Shown piece after piece: positions 26,170 to 39,671 of a stretch of 64,000 nt of DNA; within the stretch, counting starts at the first letter, position 1, and every line of letters begins with the position of its first letter. A model generated the notes under the pieces. That model was not told the origin of the DNA. It did no database searches and saw only the letters and a list, made by a program, of their open reading frames with translations. The DNA is taken from NCBI GenBank assembly GCA_964016885.1, contig OZ024752.1, forward strand, positions 40,114,001-40,178,000, given 5' to 3'. The stretch comes from Eledone cirrhosa. Its lineage: Eukaryota. Made by a program: the position numbers and the translations under genes.

Positions 26170-29100
26170 CTTATATTCAAGTATATACTTCCTCTTCTTC
26201 TTCTTTGTCCAGTATTCCTGAGAGAGTCGTGGGGGCAGAGTCCTCAAACATTCTTTCCAGTGGGTCCTGTCAGAAGCAACCTTCTCCAAATGATCTGGCT
26301 GGATCCCCAAGCAAGACCAGCCAAGCTCATGGATGTTATTCAACCATCTTGTTTGGGGTCGATGCCTGGCTATCCTGCCAGTTGGTTTTGCCCGTAAGAT
26401 CTGTCCAGCAATTCTTTCCTGAGACATTCTAACCACATGCCCATAGTATCAGAGCTGTGATCTCTCAATTCAGAGAAGTAGCGGCTCTACCTGGAATGAT
26501 TCCCTGATCTCTGAGGTGTAAATTTGTCTAGGGATTCTTTCCTGAGACATTCTAACCACATGCCCATAGTATCAGAGCTGTGATCTCTCAATTCAGAGAA
26601 GTAGCGGCTCTACCTGGAATGACTCCCTGATCTCTGAGGTATAAATTTGTCTAGGGATTCTTTCCTGAGACATTCTAACCACATGCCCATAGTATCAGAG
26701 CTGTGATCTCTCAATTCAGAGAAGTAGCGGCCTCTATCTGGAATGACTCCCTGATCTCTGAGGTTTAAATTTGTCTAGGGATTCTTTCCTGAGACATTCT
26801 AACCACATGCCCATAGTATCAGAGCTGTGATCTCTCAATTCAGAGAAGTAGCGGCTCTACCTGGAATGACTCCCTGATCTCTGAGGTATAAATTTGTCTA
26901 GGGATTCTTTCCTGTTGCATTCTAACCACATGCCCATAGTATCAGAGCTGTGATCTCTCAATTCAGAGAAGTAGCGGCTCTACCTGGAATGATTCCCTGA
27001 TCTCTGAGGTATAAATTTGTCTAGTGATTCTTTCCTGAGACATTCTAACCACATGCCCATAGTATCAGAGCTGTGATCTCTCAATTCAGAGAAGTAGCGG
27101 CTCTATCTGGAATGACTCCCTGATCTCTGAGGTATAAATTTGTCTAGTGATTCTTTCCTTTGGCATTCTAACAACATGCTCATAGTATCGGAGCTGTGAT
27201 CTCTTAATTCAGAGAAGTAGCGGCCTCTACCTGGAATGACTCCCTGATCTCTGAGGTATAAATTTGTCTAGGGATTCTTTCCTGTGGCATTCTAACCACA
27301 TGCCCATAGTATCAGAGCTGTGATCTCTCAATTCAGAGAAGTAGCGGCTCTACCTGGAATGATTCCCTGATCTCTGAGGTGTAAATTTGTCTAGGGATTC
27401 TTTCCTGAGACATTCTAACCACATGCCCATAGTATCAGAGCTGTGATCTCTCAATTCAGAGAAGTAGTGGCCTCTATCTGGAATGACTCCCTGATCTCTG
27501 AGGTATAAATTTGTCTAGGGATTCTTTCCTGAGACATTCTAACCACATGCCCATAGTATCAGAGCTGTGATCTCTCAATTCAGAGAAGTAGCGGCTCTAC
27601 CTGGAATGACTCCCTGATCTCTGAGGTATAAACTTGTCTAGGGATTCTTTCCTGAGACATTCTAACCACATGCCCATAGTATCAGAGCTGTGATCTCTCA
27701 ATTCAGAGAAGTAGCGGCTCTACCTGGAATGACTCCCTGATCTCTGAGGTATAAACTTGTCTAGGGATTCTTTCCTGAGACATTCTAACCACATGCCCAT
27801 AGTATCAGAGCTGTGATCTCTCAATTCAGAGAAGTAGCGGCTCTACCTGGAATGACTCCCTGATCTCTGAGGTATAAACTTGTCTAGGGATTCTTTCCTG
27901 AGACATTCTAACCACATGCCCATAGTATCGGAGCTGTGATCTCTCAATTCAGAGAAGTAGCGGCTCTACCTGGAATGACTCCCTGATCTCTGAGGTATAA
28001 ATTTGTCTAGGGATTCTTTCCTATCGCATTCTAACCACATGCCCATAGTATCAGAGCTGTGATCTCTCAATTCAGAGAAGTAGCGGCTCTACCTGGAATG
28101 ACTCCCTGATCTCTGAGGTATAAATTTGTCTAGGGATTCTTTCCTGAGACATTCTAACCACATGCCCATAGTATCAGAGCTGTGATCTCTCAATTCAGAG
28201 AAGTAGTGGCCTCTATCTGGAATGACTCCCTGATCTCTGAGGTATAAATTTGTCTAGGGATTCTTTCCTGAGACATTCTAACCACATGCCCATAGTATCA
28301 GAGCTGTGATCTCTCAATTCAGAGAAGTAGTGGCCTCTATCTGGAATGACTCCCTGATCTCTGAGGTTTAAATTTGTCTAGGGATTCTTTCCTGAGACAT
28401 TCTAACCACATGCCCATAGTATCAGAGCTGTGATCTCTCAATTCAGAGAAGTAGCGGCCTCTATCTGGAATGACTCCCTGATCTCTGAGGTTTAAATTTG
28501 TCTAGGGATTCTTTCCTGAGACATTCTAACCACATGCCCATAGTATCGGAGCTGTGATCTCTCAATTCAGAGAAGTAGGGGCTCTACCTGGAATGACTCC
28601 CTGATCTCTGAGGTATAAATTTGTCTAGGGATTCTTTCCTGTTGCATTCTAACCACATGCCCATAGTATCAGAGCTGTGATCTCTCAATTCAGAGAAGTA
28701 GCGGCTCTACCTGGAATGACTCCCTGATCTCTGAGGTATAAATTTGTCTAGGGATTCTTTCCTGAGACATTCTAACCACATGCCCATAGTATCAGAGCTG
28801 TGATCTCTCAATTCAGAGAATTAGCTAGCGGCTCTATCTGGAGTGACTCTCTGATCTCTGAGGTATAAATTTGTCTAGTGATTCTTTCCTTTGGCATTCT
28901 AACCACATGCTCATAGTATCAGAGCTGTGATCTCTCAATTCAGAGAAGTAGCGGCTCTACCTGGAATGACTCCCTGATCTCTGAGGTATAAATTTGTCTA
29001 GGGATTCTTTCCTGAGACATTCTAACCACATGCCCATAGTATCAGAGCTGTGATCTCTCAATTCAGAGAATTAGCGGCTCTACCTGGAATGATTCCCTGA

Positions 29101-29354
29101 TCTCTGAGGTGTAAATTTGTCTAGGGATTCTTTCCTGAGACATTCTAACCACATGCCCATAGTATCAGAGCTGTGATCTCTCAATTCAGAGAATTAGCGG
29201 CTCTACCTGGAATGATTCCCTGATCTCTGAGGTGTAAATTTGTCTAGTGATTCTTTCCTGAGACATTCTAACCACATGCCCATAGTATCAGAGCTGTGAT
29301 CTCTCAATTCAGAGAATTAGCTAGCGCCTCTATCTGGAGTGACTCTCTGATCTC
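26170..29354 (-). repeat. RTE-clade LINE 3' end with a 123-bp ORF segment amplified about 24x (26411-29354)
   Basis: Unit translates SEIRESFQVEPLLL*IERSQL*YYGHVVRMSQER and continues into RAKPTGRIARHRPQTRW...DRTHW, a typical RTE C-terminus. Confidence 0.85.
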
Positions 29355-29442
29355 CAAATATATACAGTAAGTAAAATAAAACCCAAATAGAAAAGAATAT
29401 TTATATAAGTAGAAAAACAAGGTAAGTGTTAGGGAGACTTAC

Positions 29443-29542
29443 CAATCACAGTAAAAGCTGCAAATATAAATGTTACCAAGGACGTCATCTTGCCAGTTGT
29501 ACTGTTCAACATCTTTAAATAACATTTAATTTCAACTAATTG
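29443..29542 (-). CDS. GRL-like gene exon 9 (QLVEIKCYLKMLNS...TM5)
   Basis: TTCCAG| acceptor, G|GTAAGT donor, 100 nt, phase 0-1; the other two frames are closed. Confidence 0.9.
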
Positions 29543-29595
29543 CTGGAATGTAATGAGAGAAGAAAAAAAAAACATTGCATAATTGAAACAATGTC

Positions 29596-30237
29596 ATCAT
29601 GCTCGTTATCATCATCATCATGGTGATGATGATGATGATGATGATGGTGACGGTGGTGGTGATGATGATGATGATGATGATGATGATGGTGGTGATGATG
29701 GTGGTGATGATGGTGATGATGGTGATGGTGATGGTGGAGATGGAGATGGAGATGATGACGGTGGTGATGAATATGATGGTGATGATGATGGTGATGATGA
29801 AGATGATGGTGATGGTGATGATGATGATGAAGATGACAATGATGATGGAGATGGAGATGGTGATGATGATGGTGGTGATGATGGAGATTGGTGATGACGA
29901 TGATGATGATGGTGGTGGTGGTGGTGATGAATATGATGGTGATGGTGATGATGATGGTGATGATAATGATGAAGATGATGATGAAGATGAAGATGATAAT
30001 GATGATGGTGGTGATGATGATGATGGTGGTGATGATGATGGTGGTGATGATGATGGTGGTGATGATGGTGATGGTGATGATGAAGAAGATGATGATGATG
30101 ATGATGATGGTGATGATGGAGATGGTGATGACGATGACGATGATGACGGTGGTGGTGGTGATGAATATGATGGTGATGATGATGATGGTGATGATGATGA
30201 TGATAATGATGAAGATGGTGATAATGATGAAGATGCA
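29596..30237. repeat. Complex (GAT/GGT/GAA) trinucleotide microsatellite filling intron 8
   Basis: Direct inspection. Confidence 0.95.
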
Positions 30238-30279
30238 ACCATGTAAGAAACCAATAGTGGTAGTTATGTTTATCTCTAC

Positions 30280-30457
30280 CTTCATTCCTTTCTGCAATTC
30301 CTGTCCAGTGTCAAGAAATCGAAGTGATATCCCTCTCACAAAAAGAATGATAGCTTCACACTGTATCACATAATTGCACACTGCTGCCAAACTTACTGTG
30401 TTTATCATAAAAATACCAATAACCACCAAGACTACAAGGCACCAAATACTTGTTGAA
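30280..30457 (-). CDS. GRL-like gene exon 8 (TM4; NYVIQCE)
   Basis: CACAG| acceptor, AAG|GTAGAG donor, 178 nt, phase 2-0. Confidence 0.9.
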
Positions 30458-30850
30458 CTGTGTATGAAAAATATAAAAGAAAGACAAATGACAATACATT
30501 AATCTTCAGCATGCTGTAGGCGACAAAATGCACCATTTGAGTAATCTACCCTTAATAGATATATTTCTTTAAAAAATACCAATAACCACCAAGACTACAA
30601 GGCACCAAATACTTGTTGAACTGTGTATGAAAAATATAAAAGAAAGACAAATGACAATACATTAATCTTCAGCATGCTGCAGGCGACAAAATGCACCATA
30701 TGAGTAATCTACCCTTAATAGATATATTTCTTTATTAGCCACAGGGACACAAAAGAAGGGGACAAATACAAAGGGGGAAGTTTACATACAATAAAAACGT
30801 GTAAAATATTATCACAAATGCAATTTAAAAAATTAGTCTTAATAGATAAT

Positions 30851-31034
30851 TGTTTCTATTTTAGGCACAAGGCCAGCAATTATCCCAGTGCATACTGGTA
30901 CTTTATTTTATCGACCCCGTAAGGATGAAAGGCAAAGTCAACCTCGGCGGGATTTGAACTCAGATCGTAAAGGGACGTAACTATGCTGAAAAGCATGGCG
31001 TCCGACCCTCTACCGATACTGCCAATCCACCGCC
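30851..31034 (-). mobile_element. tRNA-derived SINE with 20-bp TSD (representative of more than 15 copies in the window)
   Basis: TSD AATTAGTCTTAATAGATAAT on both sides; other copies near 5905, 21180, 22617, 25899, 40675, 46850, 48425, 59470, 59813. Confidence 0.85.
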
Positions 31035-32908
31035 AATTAGTCTTAATAGATAATGCAGTGTCAAGGTAAACAACTTATAAAAATTACTAGCGCGTTAGAG
31101 GTTAATGATGATGATGTTGTTTAGCCACAGGTCAACCCTAATCTAGCAGATTTATGATCAAAGGCATTCTAACCATTACCATCCAATGTTTTTTTGTTTG
31201 GTTGGTGTTTTTTTGTCCAGATATGGTGCAGCTTTTTGGAGATGGTAATTTGTGATTAGAGATAAAATTGGATACTGTTTGTAGCAGATGAAACTAGTTT
31301 ACAAGGGTTGGCTGAAAGGTTTATAGACTGACCATGAAGGAGCGATGCTAGAGCTGTGAAATCTTGCATGAATTAATTTCAACTCGTCATATTAATAACT
31401 GTATTGTTTCTTTCCAAAAATAAACCTCATTTGGTCATTCCATGAAAGTATCTTGGTCAACCTATGAACTTTTCAGTTGACCTTCATACTTATGACATTT
31501 CCACTGAAACATGCATACTTAACATAATTCTCAGGGAGATTCAGCATGACATAGTGGGTAATAAAGCTGGCCCTTTGAATCACAGACACAGTCCATCCAA
31601 TGAGTTTCCAAACAGTTTCTGTCTACCTAGTTTCACTGACAAGGCATGGGTCAAACCAAGATTATCATAAATGACATTTGCCAAAGATACTACAGGCTGA
31701 GATTGAACCCAGGACCTTGTGATTGCAAATCAAATCTATTCACCATTTAGCCAAATAATAATGTAATATAGCTTTAGTTAGGCTATATGCAAAACTGTGA
31801 TCTGTTGAATTGTTATTTAGTGTATGACAAACATTGACAAACATAAGAAAGAGTGATCTACCCCTGAAGTTCAGGTCTTGTTACTCGCCTTACAGGAAGT
31901 CCATTTTCTGCTGACCAGTTCAATAACAAGTCCGCAGTAAAGGAAGGCTATCAACAGTTCATCTTTTACAAGCTCACAGATAATGCTCTACAGTAACAAA
32001 TATATTCACAATCTTTACCTCCTCTCCTCCTCTCCATCAGATTATTTTTATTTCATAGTTACAAGCAGATGTTATATTGCTCAGGTAGTCATAGACAGAA
32101 TGTTATACAAGAGACTGACAAAATGCAAATGTGAACTAATATCATATTATAAATACCACAGAAATAGTTTACAGTAAATAGGTCAGAACTAATCAATAAC
32201 ATTAAATGATTTTACTTCATATGTATAAACACTTTCATTAAAAGCTGAGACTCAAAGTAGAAGTGAAATATCCCTATAAACCTCCCCTTAGTAGCTTTTA
32301 AAAAGGGGTTTATTGCGTAATGTACAAGGCTCTGCCGAAAAATGTTTAGGCTAACCAAGATACTCTCATGCAATGACCAAATGAGGTTTATTTTTTAACA
32401 TAGTCCCTGGAAAAAAACAATGTAGTTATTAATAAGAAGAGCTGAAATTAATGCAAGCAAGATTTCACAGCTCTAGCATCACTTCTTCAAAAGCTGACCA
32501 AGATACTCTCATAGAATGACCAAATGAGGTTTATTTTTCAACAAAGTCCCTGGAAAGAAACAATGCAGATATTAATAAGAAGAGCTGAAATTAATGCATG
32601 CAAGATTTCACAGCTCTAGCATCACTTCTTTATAATTAGCCTATGAACTTTTGAGTCGATCCTTGTAGTCTTGGTCACATTGTGTGAGAAAAAATAAAAG
32701 ACAAGTAGTCATAGCTCGAATGACTGATTTGATCAAAGGTTTGTTTGATCAGAGCTGACCTAGGGTTAAACTGCAATAGTAAAAGCAACACTTGAACTAC
32801 TTTTATCATTATCATTTCAGATGTTTCTACATTATTTGTTCTTTTCAGTGACACGACAGCTTGACAATAAATAAAAATATCTTCTGAATGAATTACATAA
32901 TTACTTAC

Positions 32909-33016
32909 GTCAAACTCTCAGTTGTTACAAATACATGTGACCGATATATCCAAAAGTAGAGGATCTGAAGGCCGACTGTCATTAACACCCATATCACACC
33001 AAATCCCATGAATATT
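32909..33016 (-). CDS. GRL-like gene exon 7 (TM3)
   Basis: CTACAG| acceptor, AC|GTAAGT donor, 108 nt, phase 2-2; IFMGFGVIWVLMTVGLQILYFWIY. Confidence 0.9.
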
Positions 33017-33121
33017 CTGTAGCAATAGAAACAAATCAAGTGAGTAAATGATTGATTGAAAACAAATATTTTGTTGTAAATGTGAGAAGTGGGAAAGGGA
33101 GGAAAGCGTAGCTCATCTACT

Positions 33122-34373
33122 TTAACCCTTTAGCATTTAAACTGGCCGTATCCAGCCAGAATTCTCTCATCTCTTTCTGTTCAAGCCAGCTGTAACCGGC
33201 TGTATCCAGCCAGAATTCTCTCATCTCTTTCTGTTCAAGCCAGCTGTAACCGGCTGTATCCAGCCAGAATTCTCTCATCTCTTTCTGTTCAAGCCAGCTG
33301 TAACCGGCTGTATCCAGCCAGAATTCTCTCATCCCTTTCTGTTCAAGCCAGCTGTAACCGGCTGTATCCAGCCAGAATTCTCTCATCCCTTTCTGTTCAA
33401 GCCAGCTGTAACCGGCTGTATCCAGCCAGAATTCTCTCATCTCTTTCTGTTCAAGCCAGCTGTAACCGGCTGTATCCAGCCAGAATTCTCTCATCTCTTT
33501 CTGTTCAAGCCAGCTGTAACCAGCTGTATCCAACCAGAATTCTCTCATCTCTTTCTGTTCAAGCCAGCTGTAACTGGCCGTATCCAGCCAGAATTCTCTC
33601 ATCTCTTTCTGTTCAAGCCAGCTGTAACCAGCTGTATCCGGCCAGAATTCTCTCATCTCTTTCTGTTCAAGCCAGCTGTAACCGGCTGTATCCGGCCAGA
33701 ATTCTCCCATCTCTTTCTGTTCAAGCCAGCTGTAACCGGCTGTATCCAGCCAGAATTCTCTCATCCCTTTCTGTTCAAGCCAGCTGTAACCGGCTGTATC
33801 CAGCCAGAATTCTCTCATCTCTTTCTGTTCAAGCCAGCTGTAACCGGCTGTATCCAGCCAGAATTCTCTCATCTCTTTCTGTTCAAGCCAGCTGTAACCG
33901 GCTGTATCCAGCCAGAATTCTCTCATCTCTTTCTGTTCAAGCCAGCTGTAACCGGCTGTATCCAGCCAGAATTCTCTCATCTCTTTCTGTTCAAGCCAGC
34001 TGTAACCGGCTGTATCCAGCCAGAATTCTCTCATCTCTTTCTGTTCAAGCCAGCTGTAACCGGCTGTATCCAGCCAGAATTCTCTCATCTCTTTCTGTTC
34101 AAGCCAGCTGTAACCGGCCATATCCAGCCAGAATTCTCTCATCTCTTTCTGTTCAAGCCAGCTGTAACCGGCCATATCCAGCCAGAATTCTCTCAACTCT
34201 TTCTGTTCAAACTGGTCATAACCAGCCACTCATACTGATATTAAGGTATTGTTCTCAATATAAATAATATCAAAATCTCATAGCTTTGATAATATGTGAG
34301 GTTATTATATAAGGTAAAGCCTTTACTGTGAAAATACAGTAAGTATAGAGTAATATAAATTCTAAAGGGTTAA
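33122..34373. repeat. piggyBac-type MITE with a 51-bp internal unit amplified about 21x
   Basis: TTAA/CCCTTTAG ends intact; unit TATCCAGCCAGAATTCTCTCATCTCTTTCTGTTCAAGCCAGCTGTAACCGGCTG-like. Confidence 0.85.
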
Positions 34374-34780
34374 GGAGATGTCTCCCTGGTCGATCTCGTC
34401 CAGATAAGGGTATATCCGTGAGTGCCCTGCCCACCAAACCTGACAGTGGTGGTGGTGATGACAACGAAGAAGGAGCGGGTGGTTGAGGGGAGGTGAGGCG
34501 GTAGCAGCGGTGATAGCGAGGAAGAAGAAAGAAGAGGGGAGGAGGGGGAGAAGGAGGAGGGGGCGGTGGTGGCGGTGATGACGACAACGAAGAAGGAGGA
34601 GGAAGAAGAAGAAGAAGAAGACAATGGCAACGAAAACGAAAACGAAGAGGGAGGATGATGATGTACTTTGAGCAGGTTGAGAAGCTGCAGAGTGGCAACA
34701 CCATTTGGTTAGAGAGTTGTCTTGTTTGGGCAGGCTAGTAGGTTAGTTCATTCAGGCATAAATATACCTGAAATACATAC

Positions 34781-34848
34781 CTGAAATTTCTTACCATAAC
34801 ATTACTTGAAACATTCCGGTTCCGCAGAGATTCTATTTCAAGAAACAC
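34781..34848 (-). CDS. GRL-like gene exon 6 (VFLEIESLRNRNVSSNVMVRNFR)
   Basis: ATCAG| acceptor, CAG|GTATGT donor, 68 nt, phase 0-2, exactly bridging exons 5 and 7. Confidence 0.85.
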
Positions 34849-35048
34849 CTGATTGTCCATGGGGGAAAAAATGTTTAAATTTTAGGCCATTTTCAAAGGT
34901 GAATAAATTATGAGAAGAAAAAAAACAATGATGTACATCTTTATCAGCTCATTAGCCTATTAAAATAATTTTTTTTTTTTTTAATGTCCTCATCAGCCTA
35001 TTAAAATAAATAGTGAAAAAAAAAAAGTCTTTAAAAAAAAAAATGTAC

Positions 35049-35273
35049 CTTCTCTAAGAGACCACACACTTGTTCATCTCCGTTGTACCGGAAATAAATC
35101 ATTCCCATACAGAACATGATCAGATGCAATATATCAGTTATTAGATAAGTAGGCATACTCTGCTGACATGTAATATTTCCATTCTTATTCATAATGGTCA
35201 AATTTTTAGTTTGAGATATTTTCAATGAAGTCATGTTCTGTACACCTCCTAGCATATTGTTGTGTTCATGGCT
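35049..35273 (-). CDS. GRL-like gene exon 5 (extracellular loop with three N-glycosylation sequons, TM2, EQVCGLLEK)
   Basis: Pyrimidine tract plus ACAG| acceptor, AAG|GTACAT donor, 225 nt, phase 0-0. Confidence 0.85.
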
Positions 35274-35383
35274 CTGTTTGGAAGAGAAGAAATAAATATA
35301 ATTAAAATATGGTCGGATAGAAAAACATATATATCAATATATACGATATTAACAAATGGAAACTACATTTATAAAACCATATC

Positions 35384-35448
35384 TATTTTATTATACATAT
35401 TTCAAGGATACCATGTTAAATTATGGTATGCTTTCTTCAGACAAAATA
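35384..35448 (-). ncRNA. Type I hammerhead ribozyme
   Basis: UAUUUUGU-CUGAAGA-AAGCAUACCAU/AUGGUAUCCUU-GAAA-UAUGUA-UA^-AUAAAAUA. Confidence 0.65.
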
Positions 35449-35809
35449 CAATATATACCAGTTTTATAAATAAATATTGACATACCCTTTCAAAATGCAA
35501 CCGTTACTTTTGGAAGACATCGGGATAGTGGATTTGTTTACTTATATTAGTAAGTCGTTGTGTTACAGAGAAGGAAAAAGGAAAAAGACGGAGAGAGAGA
35601 AAAGTGGAGAGAGAGAAAAGGGAGAAAGAAAAAAGAAAAAAGAAAAAAGAAAAAAGAAAAAAGAAAAAAGAAAAAAGAAAAAAGAAAAAAGAAAAAAGAA
35701 AAAAGAAAAAAGAAAAAAGAAAGAAAAACGAGAGAGATATATCCAAACACCAGACAGAAAAAAAAAAAAAAATCAAAACACCAGACAGAGATAAAAAATC
35801 AAGAGAGAG

Positions 35810-35865
<56 letters not shown>

Positions 35866-36416
35866 TCATCATCATCGTTTTTATGCCAGTTTTTCCACGC
35901 TTGCATGGATTGGAATATATATATATAGTAATGATAAATGTGAAGACTAAAATACAAAGAGGGCTCGATAAGGATTATATATATATAAATATATATATAT
36001 ATATAAAAACCCGTAGAGCAATTATTTAAGCAAAGAATTGCTGCTTTCAACCATTAAGGGTAAAAGCAGCGATTATTGGCTTAAACTTTAATCTGTTATT
36101 TTAATAAATATATATATATATAATAATTGTTTCTACTTTTGGCACAAGGCCAGCAATTACCCAGTGTATTACTGGTACTTTATTTTATCGACCCCGTAAG
36201 GATGAAAGGCAAAGTTAACCTCGGCGGGATTATATATATATAATAATAATAATAATAAATGTGAAGACTAAAATCCAAAGAGGGCTCGATAATGGTGAAA
36301 GCAGCGATTCTTTGCTTAAACTTTAATCTGTATATTTTGAGAAATAAATAAATATATATATATATTAAAAAAAAATATATATATAATATTTGAAACAGTG
36401 AGCAGGTTTGAAATTA

Positions 36417-36667
<251 letters not shown>

Positions 36668-36676
36668 CATATATAT

Positions 36677-36773
<97 letters not shown>

Positions 36774-36785
36774 CATATATATATA

Positions 36786-36840
<55 letters not shown>

Positions 36841-37114
36841 GGTAAAAAGAGGATTAACACAGATAAGCAATAAATAAGTTATTATAAATAAGTTTATTTC
36901 TAGCTTTTACATATGTTTCATTGCCTGGTTGTCTTGAAATCGCTATTCTCAATATCAATCATGAAAATTCGAATTCAAATATATTCAAATATATTACAAC
37001 ATTACTGGAAAATTTTGAAAAACACCACTGTAAGCTAAAACAGTCCTCGTTATAGGCTACTCTAACCCTGAACTAGGGAAACCAAAAACGATATCTTGTG
37101 TACCTATATATGTT

Positions 37115-37145
<31 letters not shown>

Positions 37146-37182
37146 ATACACATATTATGTAATAAACAACATAAGGCAATTA

Positions 37183-37242
37183 TTCCATTTACCAGTGGTT
37201 TCTTAAAAGCAAAAGGTTTTGCTTTCAATCCTCAGAATGAAA
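37183..37242 (-). ncRNA. Type I hammerhead ribozyme, same family as 60980-61109
   Basis: Same sequence as the 61-kb arm, in a TA-flanked element. Confidence 0.75.
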
Positions 37243-38169
37243 AAATCCTGGTTTGTTTATTGAATTTGGATTTTAAAAAAAACCTATATATACACATATA
37301 TACACACATATATACACATATATAGGTTTCAGCATACAGTGGTGTTTTTGAAAATTTGCCAGTCATTACTACAGTAGGGGTCTGACAAAATGTTGATTCC
37401 AGAGTTGGGCCAGATCGATACAGAACAAACCTTGAGCAAATCAATAGTGAAACACATGTCACCTATCAATAAACGTAATGAAGCCTTAACAAATTGTCCC
37501 TGTGTTATTATATTATCATATTAAACTCTGTCTAGTTCTACACCTTGCCACTGATGTGAACCTAAACATCGAGTGCTCACCTGGGTGAATCTATAGTAAC
37601 TTTATATATATATATGGAGGTATATGGCTTAGTGGTTAGAGCATTGGCCTTGCAATCAAAAGGTTGTGAGTTCAATTCTCAGACCGGGTGATGTGTTGTT
37701 TCCTTGAGCAAGACACTTTATTTCACATTGCTCCAGTTTCTCAGCTGTAAAAATGAGATGATAGGGACTGGGGTCCCTATCATTCCACTGCAAAGTGGTC
37801 GTGGAGGTGCCACGGTAAAAAAAACACCCAGCACTCACTGTAAATGAGGTTGGTGTTAGGAAGGGCATCCAGCTGTAGAAATCAAGCCAGAATCAGTTCC
37901 CGTCCCACCCTTGCAAGCAGGGAAAAAGCGGACGTAAAATGAAATGATGATGAAATTATATATATATATATATATCCAGGGAGTGTTATGTGAAGTTACT
38001 CTAGATTCACCCATGTGAGCACTCAATGTTTAGGTTCACGTCATTCTCTTCATCTTTTTTCGTTTATAGCTTTTTCTAACAAACGCGACGGCTGGCAAAC
38101 CCTTCAAGGAACTCATATGTATGCTGGGCACACAGGCATTAGGATGTGTGTTTTCCTGCCAGCAACATA

Positions 38170-38852
38170 TCAAATATATTACGGTCAGCAGCGATTTGCG
38201 TTGGACGAGGCACGTCTCTAAAATTGTCAAGAGGGCCGAGGGTGTCTTAGCATCACTCAGCAAGACCTTTGTCAGCCGCTCTCCAGATATCTATTTAAGG
38301 CTGTATACAGCTATGGTGCGACCACACTTAGAATTTGCATCACCAGTCTGGAACCCCTATCTTGCTCAGGACATTGACCGCCTGGAAACTGTTCAGAGAC
38401 GTGCAACCAAGCGAATACCCTCCATCAGGCATCTACCATACTCTGATCGCCTTGCTTCCCTGGGCATAGATTCATTGAAGCTCCGACGCCTGGCAACTGA
38501 CTTGGTAAACACCCACAAAATTGTTAACCATGTTGCCAACAACAACCCTGAGTGCCTTTTCGATTTCCATGTGTCTAACACACGTGGACATGCCCACAAA
38601 GTAAGAAAACAGCACAGTTCCCATGACTTTCGGAAACATTTTTTCACGCTCAGAGTTGCTGAAGCATGGAACAAACTACCTGCATCAGTTGTTAGCTGTC
38701 GAGACGCTGCATCCTTTAAGGCCTCCATGCTTCCCGAGATCCGCCAACACTACAGCTAACACATACAAACATGTACTTCCCTGGCATTTGTGTATTATTC
38801 TATGTACTATATTGACGAGTTGTAGTGCACCTGAGCACTTTACACAATAATT

Positions 38853-38886
<34 letters not shown>
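38170..38886 (+). mobile_element. CR1-clade LINE, 5'-truncated copy with (ATT)n tail
   Basis: LYTAMVRPHLEFASPVWNPY...QRRATK...TRGH...RKHFFTLRV..WNKLP; other 3' ends near 18205-18640 (-), 59005-59280 (-), 63585-63942 (+). Confidence 0.9.
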
Positions 38887-38888
<2 letters not shown>

Positions 38889-38894
38889 CAATTT

Positions 38895-38982
38895 TCATCT
38901 GAGGAAACCGTTCTCATAATCAACAGAAAATCCATGAAGGACATCTCGATTGCATGGAGAACCGTAGAAATAATTATTATGA
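38895..38982 (+). ncRNA. Degenerate type I hammerhead ribozyme
   Basis: UCAU-CUGAGGA-..GUUCUC/GAGAAC..-GAAA-UAAUUA-UU^-AUGA; mismatches at the base of stem II. Confidence 0.45.
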
Positions 38983-39611
38983 TTAAACGATATATGTAAC
39001 CTCAGCATCTTATTTTATTATTTTTATATATATATATATCATCATCATCATCATCATCATCATCATTTTACATCTACTTTTCCCTGCTTGCAAGGGTGGG
39101 ACGGGATCTGATTCTGGCTTGATTTCTACAGCTGGATGCCCTTCCTAACACCAGCCTCATTTACAGTGAGTGCTGGGTGCTTTTTTTCCCGTGGTGCCTA
39201 CACGTCCACTTTGATAGGGGTCGGGGTCCCTATCATCTCATTTCTACAGCTGAGTAAACTGAAACAATGTGAAATAAAGTGTCTTGCTCAAGGAAACAAC
39301 ACATCACCCGGTCTGAGAATTGAACTCACAACCTTTCGATTGCAAGGCCAATGCTCTAACCATTAAGCCACGTGCCTCCATATATATATACTCACATGCA
39401 TGCACACATACACACAGTTATACATTTATTAAATGAGTAAAAGAGAGGAGGATGAAAATGAATAGTGTTGTATGTTAATTTGGTGGAGAAAATATTTTCT
39501 CAACCAGTACACACACAAAAATAATTGAGACTATCACTGTAGATTAACAACAGTTTTACTGTACTGTGAGTTGAACGTGGAAGGGCCAAACTCCCACTGT
39601 CATTGCCTCCA

Positions 39612-39671
39612 TTTATTATATATATTTCGAAGGTACTGTGCTGTTTTTTCAGTACGTCCTCGTCAGATAAA
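39612..39671 (-). ncRNA. Type I hammerhead ribozyme
   Basis: UUUAU-CUGACGA-GGACGUACUG/CAGUACCUUC-GAAA-UAUAUA-UA^-AUAAA; palindromic stem III. Confidence 0.65.

Noticed and set aside
29532-30279. Poly-His, poly-Ser, poly-Asp and poly-Met ORFs; stop-free read-through of intron 8
   Set aside because: Trinucleotide microsatellite; the intron is 737 nt, so retention would frameshift
33117-34229. 370-aa repeat ORF
   Set aside because: 51-bp amplification inside a non-coding piggyBac-type MITE
34660-34767. Alternative exon starting VYLCLNE
   Set aside because: In-frame TAG; exon 34848-34781 fits the phases and the family motif
37324-37462. Possible extra exon of the GRL-like gene (VTCVSLLICS...)
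   Set aside because: Acceptor-like ATAG is present but there is no convincing in-phase donor, and exons 4 and 5 already join in frame
38121-38759. 212-aa ORF as a host gene
   Set aside because: C-terminal part of CR1 ORF2 with LINE tail and multiple copies in the window
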